Of a stretch of 64,000 bases of DNA, positions 43,601 through 58,600 are shown in pieces. Origin of the DNA: Candidatus Oxydemutatoraceae bacterium (lineage in GTDB: Bacteria > Pseudomonadota > Gammaproteobacteria > Poriferisulfidales > Oxydemutatoraceae); assembly GCA_965220085.1 (NCBI GenBank), contig CBDCOZ010000003.1:1408001-1472000 (forward strand). Direction: 5' to 3'. The notes under the pieces are model-generated. The model worked only from the letters and a program-made list of their open reading frames with translations, did not search any database and had not been told where the DNA came from. Both the position numbers and the translations under genes were made by a program. The first letter of the stretch is position 1, and each line of letters opens with the position of its first letter.

Positions 43601-46600
43601 CCCGTCACCGTCAAAATCATAATCGACAGAGATCGTCAGCGCGAATGTCGCTTCGCTCCGCAAAGCGCCATCGCTTGCGACAACCTTGACGGTCGCATCG
43701 CCGGCCGCGGTCAGCGGCGGGACGCCGCGCAGAGTCCGCGTCGCATCGTCAAACACAAGCCACGCCGGCAAAACCGAGTCATCGCCCAATCTCGCCGCAT
43801 ACTCGACCGTATCGCCTTCGGGATCGAGCGCCGCCGGAATCTCATAGGCGAAAGTCTTGCCCACGACGGCCGTTTGGTCGGCGAGCGCCGCCAGAGCCGG
43901 CGGCTCGTTGACATCGGTGACAGTCAGCCGCGCCGCCAGAGTCGCCGTCGTCTGCGCGGCGGCGGCGGCTTGCAATATAATCTCATAAATATTATCCGTA
44001 TCGCTGTCCGCCGGCGCTTCATAATCCGGCGCGTCGGCGAACGACAACACCCCGCGGCGGTCGATAACAAACCGCGCCTGGTCATCGCCGGCAAGGCTCC
44101 AGACAACATCCGCCGGCGAAGCGGCGTAACGCAGGCCGGTCGCCGTCGTATTCTCCGCGACATCCGCTTGGGCGGGGCCCGCAATCATCAACTCCGGCAA
44201 GACCGTCACGCTCAGCAAGCGCGCCAACTCCGGACTATCGGGCGCGCCGCCGGTCACCCGAACATAGGTCTCGCCTTCGGCTATCGGCGTCAGCGTCACC
44301 GCACTGCCGCTGCTCGCCGCCGTTGCGATGTTCGTGTCTTCCGATTCGGCGGCAAAGGTCAGGGTGGCGGAGCCCGGGCCGCGCGCAAAATATGGCTCCG
44401 CATCCAAATCAAGATCCGCGCCGTTCGCCGCCAACAGTTGGCTCGGTATCGCCAAACCGACCGCCACGGTGGCGGTCGTCAGCTGGCTGCGCCCGCGGCC
44501 GACGGGCGACCAGTCGCTGCTGCCCTCGGCGTTTGTCAGGCGCACGCGCGCCTCGTATTCGGCGTCTGCCGACAAGCCGCTGATCTCGGTGACGACCACG
44601 CCGCCGGCATGCGGCGACGCCGGCGTGACATCGACGGCATTGTCCGCCGAAAGATTGTGCGGCGTCCAGTTCGCATCGCCCGCGAGACGGAACTCCGCCT
44701 CGGAAGCCGCTATCCTGTCGCTTATCTGCGGCCCGTCGTTAACCGGCAGACGCCACATTACCAATACGGCCGTCGCGGCGGTGGCGCCCAGCACTCTGGG
44801 AGCTTGCGGGGTCGGCGGCGCTTCGTCGGTGTCTTCTATCGTCAGCGTGATCGCTTCCGTCGCGCCGCAGGTGTCGGCGTCATTGCTCGCGGTGAGCGTG
44901 AGTTCGTACGCATTGTCCGCATTCGCATCCGCCGGCGCTTCGTAATTCGGCAACGGCCCCGTATGCGTGACAATGCCCGTCGCGGTGGCGGCTGTCAGCG
45001 CGAAATAGGGGATGTCATCGCCGCCGAGGGTCAGGCGCGTATCGCCGCATCGCGCGTCGGGGTTGGCGATGCCGTAGGTTTGGGCCGGCGGAATCACGCC
45101 CTCGGCGGAGGTCAGCGCAAAGTTTCCGTCAAATTGGAAGACATATTTCAACGTGCGCGCGCTCGCCGGAGCCGACCAATCGCTCATCCCTTCGTCGTTC
45201 GCCGCCCGCACCCGCACATCATAGAGCGCGTCAAACATCAGGTCGGCAATCGTCGTCACGCGGGTCGTGGCGCTGTGTTCGCTGTCGCTCCAATCGGCGG
45301 CATCTTGCAAGCGATACTCGACATCATAGCGGATGATATCCGGGCGACCGTCGTTCGCCGGCGCCGTCCAACGCACATCCAATTCGCCCGCCCGCGCTGT
45401 CAGCGCGAGCGCCGCGGGCGCTAACGGCGGTTCGAGATCATCGCTCAGCGCCACTGTCACAACGAGCGAGCCCCGGCAATTATCGCTGTTCGCATTCAAT
45501 GTCGCCCGATAATTATTGTCGCCATCGGCATCGGCCGGTCGCTCGTAATCCAGCGCGGCGGACGGGAAAGACAACGCGCCGTCGGCGCTCAAAGCGAACC
45601 AGGCGGAATCCATGCCGGCGGCCAAACTCAGCGTGATAGCGCCGCAACCCGCGGTGTCGCCGGTCACACCGTAAGCGCCGACAGGCGCCGGTGTCGCGCT
45701 CATTCCTTCCGCCACGGTGTCTGCGACATTGCTTCCGCTCAGATTCAAGGTCCGTTTCAACGTCATCGCGCGCGCCGCCATCGACCACGGCCCGAAACCG
45801 TCGTCATTGCTTGCGCGCACGCGGAACTCGTACGCGCTGTTAATCTCCAAGTTGGAAACGGTCAGCGTCGGCGCCGTGCCGGCGTGCCCGGCATCGATCC
45901 AGTCGCTCGCGCCCGCCAACCTGTACTCCAAACCGTAGCCCGTGATATCGCCCGCCACAGAGCCCGGCGGCAAGCGCCAGTTCGCCGTCACGCTCGCGGC
46001 GGTCTCATCCGCAAATGTCGGCGGCGCGGGCTGCGACGGCGTCTCGTTCATCACATCGGTCACGATGATGATAATATCCGCCTCGCCGCGGTCCGTATCA
46101 AACACCACCGTGATGCGGTACAGGTTGTTGCCGAGCGCGCTCCGCGGGTTTTCAAAATCGGGCGGCGCGTTGAAAGTGAGTTCGCCCGCGGAGTTAATGG
46201 AGAGCTGGTTGCTGTCCGCTCCGGCAAGGCTCCACGTTCCGGTCATGCCCTCAACGCTATAGGTATCAACCACCGCCTCGGAGTTCTCCGGATAATTGAT
46301 CGTCGTCGCCTGCGTACCCGCGATCCGCGCCAGACGGGTCACCGCCACCGCATAGACCTGGGTCGTAGTCCCGTCCTCGGCGGTCACGGTTATCGTAACC
46401 GTGTTATCCCCCGCTTGCAGGCCGGACACGGTATTGCCGCTGACCGGCAACGTCGTGACGCCATCCGCCGCCACCGCGGTCAGTACGACGCTCGCGTCGG
46501 CATCGGTCGGCGTCGGAACAATCGTTACCCGCAAAAGGTTGTTGCTCACTCTCATGCCATACGCGCTGACCGTCGGGTCAAATGCCGGCGATAATTCGCC

Positions 46601-49600
46601 GGCGGGCGATGACAATGCGGCCAGCGTCGCGTCATCATTCGGCGACGCGCTCTCGCGGCTGATCGCCGCGGTGCCGCCATCGATAATCGCGCCGACCTGA
46701 TAGTCATACGCGGCGCCGGCAACCGCGGTCGTATCGGCGTAGGTCAAACCGGTCACACTGTCGACGAGCGGCGCGCCGTCGCGATAGATCGCATACGTGA
46801 CAGTCGGTTGCCGCGCCGCATCCCAGCGGCCGGCATCGACCGCCGTCCACGTCAAGGTTCTGACGCCGCCGGTGCCGTTTATCGTGACCGCCGGAGCGCT
46901 GCGCACCTGATAGCCGAATTCCTGCCAACTCGCCGCGCCGTCGCCGTCAAAATCAATTTTCAGCGCCGGGTATTCCGTGGCGCTGCCGAAATCCCAGTAG
47001 TCGGTCGGGTTGCCGTCGTCGTCATTCGGGTTCCAGTCGGCGTAGATGCCGGCATAGCTTGTCGGCGCCCGCAGTTCGGCGCTCGTCCGGGCGGTGATGC
47101 CGGCGCCGGAACCGCCTCCCGTCGCATTGGTCTTGCCCGAGGTCTCGGTGTTCCAATAGACCGCGTCAAACGCAGCGCCTTGGCCGGGATTTTCCCCGCC
47201 CAGACCGCCGCTTAGGTTGGCGGCGGGATGTACGAGCGCGACGGAGTACGCATATTTAAGTTGCACCCTGCCCAAGTAACCGATCAAACCGCCGCCCCAC
47301 TTCATGGCACCGCCTCGGGTTGGGTTGACAAACCCGGTCGCATACGCGTGTTCCACTCTGCTGCCCGTCTGATTGTAATGAACGCCGCCGCTCAGACCGC
47401 CGGCCTCGCTATTGGCTTCCACATTGCCGGTGGCATAGCTTAACTGCAATAAGCCCCTCTCGTTGATGCCCAATAGCGAACCGACCAGCTTGTTCCCTTC
47501 GGTCATCACGCTTGAATAAGACTTTTCTATCGTGCCGCCGGCCAACTCTCCCGCGATACCGCCGACGCGCTCGCTGCTGCCGCCGAGCGAGACCGAACCG
47601 GTCACGCCGAGGTTTGATATCACGCCGTCGCTGCCGACAACGCCGAACAAACCCTGAAGATTCGCGACGCGGTTGACATACAGGTTATAAATCGTATGAC
47701 CGTTGCCGTCGAAGGTCGTTGAAAATCTGCTGCTGTTGCTTCCTATCCCGGTCCAGCCCGCGCCGATCGTCCACGCGCTCTTGTTGTCAAGATCGCCATA
47801 GCTGTCATCGTCGTTGAAGTCCAAATCGCGCATCAATTCATAGCCGACGCACGCGCTCGGACAACCGCGGTTTGCCACATCGTCGCTGTCGGAGAACGCC
47901 TCAATATAATCGTTGCTGCCGCCCGCCGCGCTGTCATAGACGCCGTCGCCGTTGGGGTCCAAGCGCATCGCGCTGAGTTGTTCCAGGGTATGCACCTCGA
48001 GCAAACCGTCGTCGTCGCTATCGTGGTCGCGCCGCACTTTGAGAGCGAATGTCGCTTCGCTTGTCAGCGGCGGCGTCCCGTCGTCGCTGACGACGACCCG
48101 GATGACAATATCATCGCCGCTGTTCGCCGCCTGCGGCACGCCGGAGAAGGCCGGCGTTTGTCCGATCACGCCGAACGACAACCAAGACGGCAGGCTGGAG
48201 CCGTCGTCCAGCAACGCCGCATACGACAGCGTATCTCCGTCGGGGTCGTCGGGCGCGGCAAAAGCGTACTCAAAATCAAGGCCGACGAAGGCTGCTTGCT
48301 CGGAAACAGTCGGAGCCGACGGGGCGTCATTCGCATCGGTCACCATCACCTCCACCGCCAATTCGGCACTTTGCGCGGGCATCGTCGATGCGGCCATAAT
48401 CGTCACCCGATAGACATTATCCGAGTCGGCATCCGCCGGCGCTTCAAAGTCCGGCGCGGTGACGAAGCGCAACGGCAACGCGCCGCTTGCGTCAATCTCA
48501 AAAGACGAAGCATCGGCGCCGCCGAGCGTGAAGCGCGCGCCCGCTACCGTTGCCGCATATGCCTCGCCGGTATCAACAGTGTTTTCCGCGACCGCCGCCG
48601 CCGCCGCGCCGCTGATTAACAGCTCGGGGCTGACCCTGACATCGACCGGGTGCGCCAGCGTTGTTTGATCGGCGCCGCCGACCATCAAGCCGACATACAC
48701 ATCGCCTTCGGCCTGCGGACTGATCCGCAGCATGCCGGTGTCGGAGCTGATCGTCGCTGTCGCAATGGCGTCGTCCTCCGACAGAACGGCAAAGCTCAGG
48801 CTGGCCGTGGAGTGCGCAAAGTATGGCGTCACATCCAGTGTCGCCGCCGGGCCGCCGACATGCAAGAATTGGCGCGGTATCAAAGCGGTCGTCATTATGC
48901 CGCCGGTAACCTGAGTGCGCCCGTTAGCCGCCGGCGACCAGTCGCTATTGCTTTCGCTGACCGCGCGCACCCGCGCCTGATATTCGGTGTCGGGCTCCAA
49001 GCCGGCAATGGTCGCCGTGGTCGCAAGACCGCTGTGCGGCAAGTCGCTCCAGTCGGTATCGGTCGCAAGCCGATACTCGACATCGTAATCGACGATCGGC
49101 GATGTGGCGCCGGACGGTTTGCGCCACAAAACATACAGGCTGTCGTCGGTAGCGGTCGCCAGCCGCGGCGCGGCGGGCGCGTCCGGCGCTTCGGCGGCAT
49201 CATTTTCAACCGTCACGCTGACAGCGAGCGATCCGGCGCATGCGCCGTCGGATGCCGCGGCGTCAACAACAAAGCGGTAGACATTATTGGCGTCGGCGTC
49301 GCGCGGCGTTTCATAGTCCGGTTGCGTCGCCGCGTTCAACTCGCCGCTTTGCGGGTCGATCACAAAGCGCGCGGCATCCTCCCCGCTCAGGCCGAAACTA
49401 ATCGGCAAACAGCGGTCGTCGGGATTTGTCACGCCGTAACTCTGCGCGACAAAGGCATCGCTTTCAATCAACGTTATCGCCGCCGCGCCGCCAAGTTGCA
49501 ACACATATTGCTCGATCAGCCCGCTGCCGCTCTCCGACCAATCTCCCAAGCCGTCGCCGTTTGACGCCCGTATCCGAACTTCGTAGCGGGCGTTGAATTG

Positions 49601-52600
49601 CAAGTTAGGAACCGTCGTCGTCAATGTGCTGGCGATCGCCCAATCGATCCAATCGGCGCTTCCCGCCGCCCGATATTCCAAATCATAATCGCCGATGGTC
49701 GGGCCGTGGTTTGTCGGTTCGGTCCAGCTCACGAGCAGACTGCCTTCGGCATGATTCGGCATGACCGTCGGCGCCGGCGGCGCCGCCGGGCGCTCTCCGA
49801 TAGCATCCGTAATCGTCACGCTGACCGCCAGCGCGCCCTCGCAAGCGGAGGTTGCGGCGACGACCGTCAGCCGGTACGCATTATTGGCATCGGCGTCGGT
49901 CGGGCGCTCATAGTCCAGGCGCGATGAGAGACGCAATGTCCCGGCATCAACGCGGAAGAGCGCGGCATCGGCGCCGCTCAGGCGCAACGGCGCGTCGCCA
50001 CACTGCGCGGGCGGATCGACAACCGCGTAGGCGCCGATGCCGGCATTGGCAACGGCGTCCGCCTCCGATAGCGCTATCGTCGCGGCGCCGCTCACTTGCA
50101 AGGCGAGCTTGGTCGTCATCACGGCGAGGATTTGCGACCACGCGCCCGCGCCCGCGCCGGATGCGCCTCGGACCCGGAACTCGTATGCGGCAAACAACTC
50201 AAGACCGGTTACCGTCGCTGTCGTTGCCGTCCCGCTATGGTCAAAATCAGTCCACGCGGAGGCGCCCCCCCGTCGGTACTGCACATCATAACCGGTCACC
50301 GTTACGTCTCCGCCGTCGTCGGGCGGCATAGTCCACTCCAGTTCCGCTTGATTCGGCCCGATGTCGGTCGCCCGCAACCCGGTCACGGCCTGCGGCGGCT
50401 CGGGGCTCTCATCGGTCACTGTCACGGTCACCGCAAGGCTTGCCTCATCGAGCTCGCCGGCGTTAAAGACGACGGTCAATTCATAGGCATTGTCGCCATT
50501 GTCATCCTGCGGCGCCTCAAAATTCGGCGGCTCGTTGAAAGACAAGCCGCCGTTAGCGGCGATGGCAAAGCGGGCGCTGTCGGCGCCGGCAATGGTCCAA
50601 GCGCCGGTCTTGCCGGGGCTGCCGTATCTGGCCACCTCGGCGGTTCTGTTCTCCGGATAACGCGGCTGACTGTCTCCGATGATGCCGACTCGGTAAATCG
50701 TTTCCACTTCGTACTCCGAAGTCGCCGCGCCGGCCTTTTCGGAGGCGACGCTTATCACGATCGCGTTGCTCTGACCCGACGTCAAACCGCGCACTATGTC
50801 ATTGTTCGCGCCGCCGATCTCCAGCGCGGCGCCGTCATTGTCCGTGCCGCTGATCGTGATCGGCGCGGCCGGGTGCAACGGTTCGGCGTTGACGGTGACC
50901 TCCGTAACGCCCGCCTCCAGCACCAAGGAGTAACGCCTTGTTTCGCTGTCAAAAGCCGGCGCCAAAACCCCCGGGCTGAAGACCAAGCCGCTCAGGGTGA
51001 CGTTATCGGACGGCGACAGCGCCAGCGAGCGAACCGCTTCGCCGCCGTTTACGAGCGCGGCAATGCGGTATGTGTGCTCGGCATCGGCCGTCGCCGTATC
51101 ATCGCGATACGTTCGCTCCGCAATATCGATGCCGCCGGGCAAAGGCCTGCCGTCGCGGTAGACGCTATAGCGCAGGTCGGATGCCGACAGCGCGTCCCAG
51201 TGCGAGACATCGGGCGGCTCCCAGCTCAGCGTTCTCGTCGTGCCAGCGCCGACGGCCACCGCGTTGACCGGCCCGGCGCGCAACTGGTAACCGAATTCCT
51301 GCCAGCTCACTTTGCCGTCATCGTTGAAATCAACCTTCAGCGCCGGATATTGGCCGGAGTCGCCGAAATCCCAATAGTCGGCCGGATTGCCGTCGCCGTC
51401 CACATTCCAGGTTTGATAGATGCCGGCATAGCCGGTCGGCGTCTGCAACTCGGTCGTCGTCCTGGAGGCGACCCCGCCGGCGGACTCAAGAGGGCCGGAA
51501 CCAAAGTGCGCGTTGGCATCGGCGATGGCCGATGTGTCGCGATCCCAATAGATTGCCCTCCATTCGACCGTTTGCGTGGGCACATTGAGTCCGGCGATAC
51601 CGCCGCGCTCGATCGCCGCGGCATCGATTTGCGCGGTCGAATAGCTGTATCTGACCGACGCGGTGTCCACCTCGCCAAGCAAGCCGCCCGCTCTGCGATC
51701 GCCGGCAGCGCCCATGTGACCGGTGGCATAACTGTGATATATGAGGACAAAGTGACTGCCGGCGCCGCCGTTGGCGAAGCCGACGATGCCGCCCGGCGAA
51801 CGCCCGGCGGATGCATTGCCGCTGGCATAACTCCGGAGCACCGAATTGTCATCTGTCATCCGACCGGCCAGCGGAGACGCGTACTCCCCTTCTGTGCGCA
51901 CCGACACCGCCGAATAGACCTCTTCTATCACGGTGTCGTCTTGCGTCATGCCGACCAGCCCTCCGATATTGTCGTTTGAAGCGCCGGTCGCCGTCACCGA
52001 CCCGGTGATGCCGAGTTTGGAAATGTTCATGTCCGTGCCGGTGTGGCCGAACAATGACAAGTTGTCGGCATCACGGGAAATATGGAGGTTATAAATCGTG
52101 TGACCGTTGCCGACGAACGTCGCCGTCAATTTGTCGGCGGTCGCGCCCAAGGGACTCCAGCCCTCCCCGCTCGTCCACTCCGTATTCGTCGTGCCGCTGC
52201 CATACGAATCGGGGTCGTTGAAGTCCAGATCGCGCATCAACTCGTAACCCATGCAATTGTTGCTCGGACACGAGTCGCTTCGGTGACCGATGAAGGCATG
52301 CGGCGCCAGGTAGTCTGCCTCATCATCGGAGGCGACATTGCCATCGCCGTTTCGGTCCCAACGTATCGCGTTTAATTGTTCCAATCTCGTGATTTCCAGC
52401 AAGCCGTCATCATCGGTGTCGTAGTCATGCCGCAAGCGCAAGACGAATCTCGTCTCACTCGACAACGGCGGGACGGCGTCATCGGTCGCGATGACCTTGA
52501 TATGTATGTCCCCGGCGGCGGTTGCCGGCGGCGTCCCGCCGAAGGCGCGCGCGGCGGCATCAAACGTCATCCATGTCGGCAAGTTGTCGTCGTTTGTCAG

Positions 52601-55600
52601 CGATGCCATGTACGACACCGTATCGCCGTCGGCATCGACTGCTTCGTCAAAGACGTGCTCAAAAGCCTCCTCGGTCAAAATGTCCCGGTCGGCGATGATC
52701 GGCGGCGGCGGCGCGTCGTTGGCATTCGTCACCGTGACCGCCGCCTCCAACGCGGCGGACATCCCGTCGGCGGTTGCCGTCACCGTCACGCGATACACAT
52801 TGTCGTTATCGCTATCCGTCGGGTTTTCAAAGTCCGGCGCGGCGGCAAAGCCGAGGATGCCCCGCGCAGCATCGATGACAAAAGCGGCGGCGTCATCCCC
52901 CGTCAGCGAGAAAGTCGCGCCCTCCGCCGTGGTCGCATATGCCGCGGCGAAGGCATCGTTGTTTTCCGCCGTCGTCCGTGTCGTCGCGCCGACGACCGCC
53001 AAGGCCGGGCGAACCGTCACAGCGACCGCATGCGTCAACTCGCCGCCGCCGGCGCTCGCCGTCAAGCGGGCATAGGTCTCGCCCGCCGCCACCGGAGCAA
53101 TGCTCAGGGTGCTCGTGCTCATGATTTCCGCGGTCGCAATATCGTCGTCGTCCGAGGTCGCGGCAAAGCTCAAACTGCCCGTGGAGCGCATAAAGTATTG
53201 CGCCACATCCAAGGCAACCTCGGGGCCGCCGACATACAAAGACTGCGCCGGCGCCGGGCTCACCAAGACCACCCCGCCGGCGGTTTGCGTTCGACCGTTG
53301 CCTTCCTCCGACCAGGCGCTGCGGCCCTCGGCATTGCGCGCGCGCGCGCGCGCCTGATATTCGGTGTCGGGCTCCAAGCCGGCAATGACAGCCGACGGCG
53401 TCGCCGGACTCGGCCCGTCGATCCACTGGGTATCGGCGCTGTTGCGGTATTGCACGTCGTAGGCGCCGAGCGCCGGCCCCTTGTTGGCGGGTTCGCGCCA
53501 CAGCACATATATGCCGGACTCGGAAGCGGGCGACACTTGCGGCGCGGCCGGCGCCGACGGCGGCTCATCCCGATCTCGGATCGTCACGGGGAAATTATGC
53601 GCGCCCCGGCAACTGTTGTCAGACGAAGCGAAGGTAATGATCACATCGTATGTGTTATCGCCGTCGGCATCCAGCGGCGCTTCGTAATCAAACTCCGGCA
53701 GATGTGTGCCCAGCACGCCGGATTGCGGATCGATTGTAAAATGTCCGGCATCGGCGCCAGCGAGCCCGAAAATTATATCGGTGCAAGGAGCGGGAGGATT
53801 TACGAAGAAACGATTCCTCATAAATCCCTCGGTCGTGGATTCTATCGCGGTGAGCGCCTGGTCTCCTTCCAGCGCCAGCCTCCTGACCGGGGTTCTCACG
53901 GCGCGCGCCGGCGACCACGCGCCGGCGCCTTCGTCGTTTGCCGCCCGCACCCGCACTTCGTGACGGGCATTAAACCGCAGGCTGGCATTGATCTCCGTCA
54001 TCAACCCCGCGCCGACGTGCGTCCAATCCGTCCACTCGGCGGCGCCGACCGCGCGGTATTGCACATCGTAGTCATTGACGGGCGGGCCGCCGTTTGGCGA
54101 GGCCGCCGTCCATTCTGCCCTCAAAGAGGCATTTGCCGCCGCGCGCAACAACGACACAACCGGCGCCGCGGGCGGCTCGGCGCTGTCGGCGAGCGTTACC
54201 GCAACGATGGTTTCCGCCGGCTCGCAAGCCTGGCTCGACGCGCGCAATTGCGCCCGATAGATATTATCGCCGACGAAATTGCCGGGTTGCTCGTAATTCA
54301 ACGGCGATGACGGAAAACGCAACACCCCCGTCGCCGCGTCAAAGGCGAAGAATCCATGGTCATACTCCTCGACCAGGCTGATCGTTACGTCGTCACACTG
54401 CGCAATGAAATTGCCAACCGCATACGTGCCGATATCCATGGCGGCGCCGGTGTCGGCTTCGGCCACCATCGCCGTCGTCGGGCCGTCCAATGTCAGCGAC
54501 GGATAGCGCAGGGTCTGCGCCCGAACCGGTTGCGACCACGGCCCCTCTCCCTGAGCATTGATGCCTCTGACGCGGAAGCGGTACTCGGTAAGCGGGTCCA
54601 GCCCGGTCACAGTCGCCGTCGGGCCGGCGGACAGCCCGGCGCCGACCCATCCGCTCGCGCCAAGCGCCTGACGCTCGATGCCATAGGCGGTCGCCGTCGC
54701 CTGACCGTCATCGTCCGGCGGCGCATCCCAACTCAAGGCAACCCGATCCCAGCCAATCGCTTCCGCTGTCGGCGCGCTCACGCGGTTGGGGGGTTCGGGA
54801 TTCACATCGAGTACCGTGACCGTGACGGTGGCGCTTGTCGAATCGGCCCGCCCTTCGTTCAGGATGACCGTCAGTTCATATGTGTTATTGCCATCGGCAT
54901 CGCCCGGGCTCTCAAAGTTAGGCGGCGTGTCGAAGGTCACTTCGCCGCCGGTACTGATAGCGAAAAGCGCGCCATCAACGCCGCCGAGACTCCAACCGTC
55001 CACCCGGGCGTCGGTGGCATATTGCGCGACCGCGGCGGTTCCGTTCTCATCGTAATCTGCCGTCCGGTCGCCGCTAAAGACGCTGCGGAAAACAAGGGCG
55101 ATCGTATAAACCCCGCTGTCCGCGCCCGCTTTCTCCGGCGTGACGGTTACCCGCGCCGTGTTGCCCGCCGTCGCCAAGCCGGTAATGCTCCTCGTGCCCG
55201 CGCTGCCGCTTAAGGTCAACGCGGCGCCGTCGGCGGTCATGCCGTCAAACGCTATCGTCGCGGCGGGGTGCAGGGCGGCGGCGGTAATCTCCACCGCGGT
55301 GACATCCGCGTCCAAACCCACCGCATAGCTCCTGATGCCGGGATAAAATTCCGGCAACATGAGCCCTCTGTCAAACGATAGCGCGCGCAAGGATGTGTCC
55401 GCGGACGGCGAGCTCGTCACGCTGCGGGTCGCTTCGCCGCCGTTGACGATGGCCGCGACATGGTAGCTGTGGTCGGCATTGGCGGTCACCGTATCGGCAT
55501 AGGTCGTGTCCGTCATGTTCGCGGCGGCGGCAATCGCCGCGCCGTCGCGGTAGACGGCGTAGGCAATGGTCGGCGGCGCGTCGGGCCAGTGCGATGTCGT

Positions 55601-58600
55601 CGGCGCTTCCCAAGTCAACACCCGCGTTGTGTCGCTGCCGACCGCCGTCAGGTTTCTCGGCCCTTCGCGCAATTGATAGCCGAATTCCTCCCACGTCGTC
55701 GTGCCGTCGCCGTCAAAATCAACCCGCAATGCCGGATATTGGTCGGGTCTGCCGAAGTCCCAGTAGTCGGTCGCATTGCCGGCGGAATCGTTCGCGTCCC
55801 AATCGGCGTAGATACCGTCATAGCCGGTCGGCGTTTGTAACTCGGCGCTCGTCTTCGCGACCGGCCCGACCGCCTCAACGCTCCCCGCGATGCCGCCGTA
55901 GGCCGCGTCGACAGCGGAGGTGTCGGTATCCCAATAGACCGCGTTGACCGCGGTTGTTTGAGCGGCGTTATGTCCGGCCACACCGCCGCGCTCGGTGGCG
56001 GCGGAAGCAATCAGCGCGGTCGCGTAGGCGTATCTGATTGTCGAGGGACCTATCCAACCGAACAAACCGCCGGCCCGTCCGTCACCGCCGTCGCCTATGT
56101 AGCCGGTGGCATAGACGTGCTCCGCAATGGTATTTCCTCCGATCGCGCCGACGATGCCCGCGGGCTCCTGACCGACGGATGCGCCGCCGGTCGAGTAACT
56201 GCGGCGCACGACGCCGCCGTCGACCATGATACCGACCAGCGGCGAGGCGCGAAGCCTCCCGCCCGATACCTCGACCGCCGAATACACCCCGTCTATCGTC
56301 GTATTGTTCGCCCTGCCAACCAGCCCGGCGGCATCATCAACGTCGATGCCGCTGGCCGTCACCGAACCGGTCACGCCGAGATTGGAAATCGTCGCGCCGG
56401 CGGTCTGTCCGAACAATGCTCGCTGATGGCCGGCGCGCTCAAGGTACAAGTTATAAATAGTGTGGCCGCCGCCGTCAAATGTCGCCGCGAACATGTCGTC
56501 GGCGCTGTCTCCGAGCGGCGTCCAATTCACCGCGGTCGCGCCCGGCGATAACAGGGGGGAAGTTGAGATGTCGCCGCTCGCATAGGCCGCCGCATCCTCA
56601 AAATCCAGATCGGCAATCAATTCATAGCCGACGCACCCGCTATCCGCCGGGCAACCCATGCCGGGCGCCGCGCCGGGAAAAGCGCTCGCGTACGCGTCCT
56701 GATCACCCGCGGCGACATTGCCATCGCCGTCGGTGTCATGGCGAACCGCGTGAAGTTGCTCCAGAAAACCGATGTCAATCAGGCCGTCGTCGTCGCCGTC
56801 GTAGTCCTGTCGGACTCTCAGCACAAAGGTCGCCGGGGGCGATGACAACGGCGGCGTCGCGTCATCGCTTGCGATCACTTTGATGTTGAAATCATCGCCT
56901 CGGTGCGCTATCGGCGGAGCGCCGGCGAAGGCGCGCGCAGCGGAATCAAACGACAACCACGCGGGCAAATTGCTGTCATCCGTCAGTGTCGCCGCATACG
57001 ATACCGTATTTCCTGCGTCGGGGTCTGTCGCCGCGCCAAATACGTATTCAAAGTCGCTCCCCGCAAGCGCCAACTGATCGCCGACGGACGGCATCGCGGG
57101 CGCTTCGTTGATATCAATCACTGTCACCCCGACCTGATGCATGGCGGTTTGAGCCGGAGCCGCCGATTCCGCCATGATGGTTACTTCGTAGACATTGTTC
57201 GAATCGGCATCGGCGGGCGCTTCAAAGTCGGGGGCCGAGACAAAACGGAGGATGCCCCTTGCGTCCAATTCAAAATCGTTCTCATCGGCGCCGCCCAGCG
57301 ACCAACTCACGCCGTCCTTATTCGCCGCATAGACCGCCCGGAATGCGGCGCTGCCCTCGTCCGCCGTCACATCCGCATCGCCGCTGATCATCAAATTGGG
57401 CGCTACCGTCACATCTATCAAATGGATTAAGTCTGTGTCGCCGTCATTGACGGTCAACTCAATGTATGTTTCGCCCGCCGCTATCGGCGTGATAATCACT
57501 CTGCTGTTAGCGACAATGCTCGCCGTGGCAACATCTTCGTCTTCGGAGCGCGCGCTATGCGTCAAAGCGCTGCCCTGCGGATGCTCAAAGTATGGCGTGA
57601 TATCCAGTGTTTCGCTGTCGGCAAGCAACAGAGTCCGCGCCGGTATCAGGTTGGGAGCGGTCGGCCCGGTTGCGGTCTGGGTGCGCACATCGGCAATCTC
57701 GGACCAGGCGCTGTCGCCCTCGTCATTGCTCGCGCGCACCCGCACTTGATATGCGGTATCGGTTTCCAGACCGGTGATCGTCGCCGCGCGCATCGTCGTC
57801 GCGTGTTCCCAACTCAGCCAATCCGTGCCGGCGCTCGCGCGATACTCCGCCTCGTAGCCGGTGATAGGCGGAGCGGAATTGTCCGGATCACGCCACAGCG
57901 CATGGATGGCGGAAGCGGTGGCGGTCAACGCCCGCAGGCGGGGTTTGAGCGGCGGTTCGGCGACATCCGTGACAGTCAAGACAACGCTGCCTTCGCCGCG
58001 GCACGCGCCGTCGGACGAAGCGGCAACGGCGGTAATCTCATAGTCGTTATCGCCATCGGCATCCAGCGGCATCTCATGATCGAGCGCCGCGGGCAGATCG
58101 ACCGCGCCGCTTGTCGGGTCGATGTCGAAATGCGCGCCGTCGGCGCTCGCCAATTTGAAAGTGACCGAGACGCAACGGGGATCCGGATTGTCAACCGCAA
58201 AACGCAGATCAAACGGCGGTTTTGAGGCGGCGGAAAATTCGGCGACGGACGGGTCCGCCATGCCGCCGCTGACGCTCAAATCGTAGGCGGCGACCGTCGC
58301 GAATGTCGCCGGCGACCATTCGCTGTCGCCCTCGTCGTTGCGCGCGCGCACCCGCGCGGCATAGCGCGTGTTAAACATCGGGGCAACAACCGTCGCGGTC
58401 AAATCGGCGCCGTCGTGCGTCCAATCCGTCCAGTCGGCGGTCGTCGCCGCGCGGTATTGCACATCGTAGTCGGAGATGACCGGGCCATCGTTCGCGGGCG
58501 CCGACCAACTCACCGCCAGATTCACCTCCGAGTCGACGGTTATCGTCGGCGCCGCCGGCGCCGCCGGCGGCTCGATATCGTCGGTGATTGTGACGGCAAT

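Noticed and set aside
11050-47702. Diversity-generating retroelement TR/VR pair as the explanation for the 670-bp duplicate
   Set aside because: Mismatches are not adenine-specific on either strand, the segment is much longer than a typical TR, both copies are coding, and no reverse transcriptase is in the window.
56894-56902. RGD integrin-binding motif in the right giant protein
   Set aside because: An isolated occurrence is expected by chance in ~9,800 aa and it is not conserved at the same position in other super-repeats.
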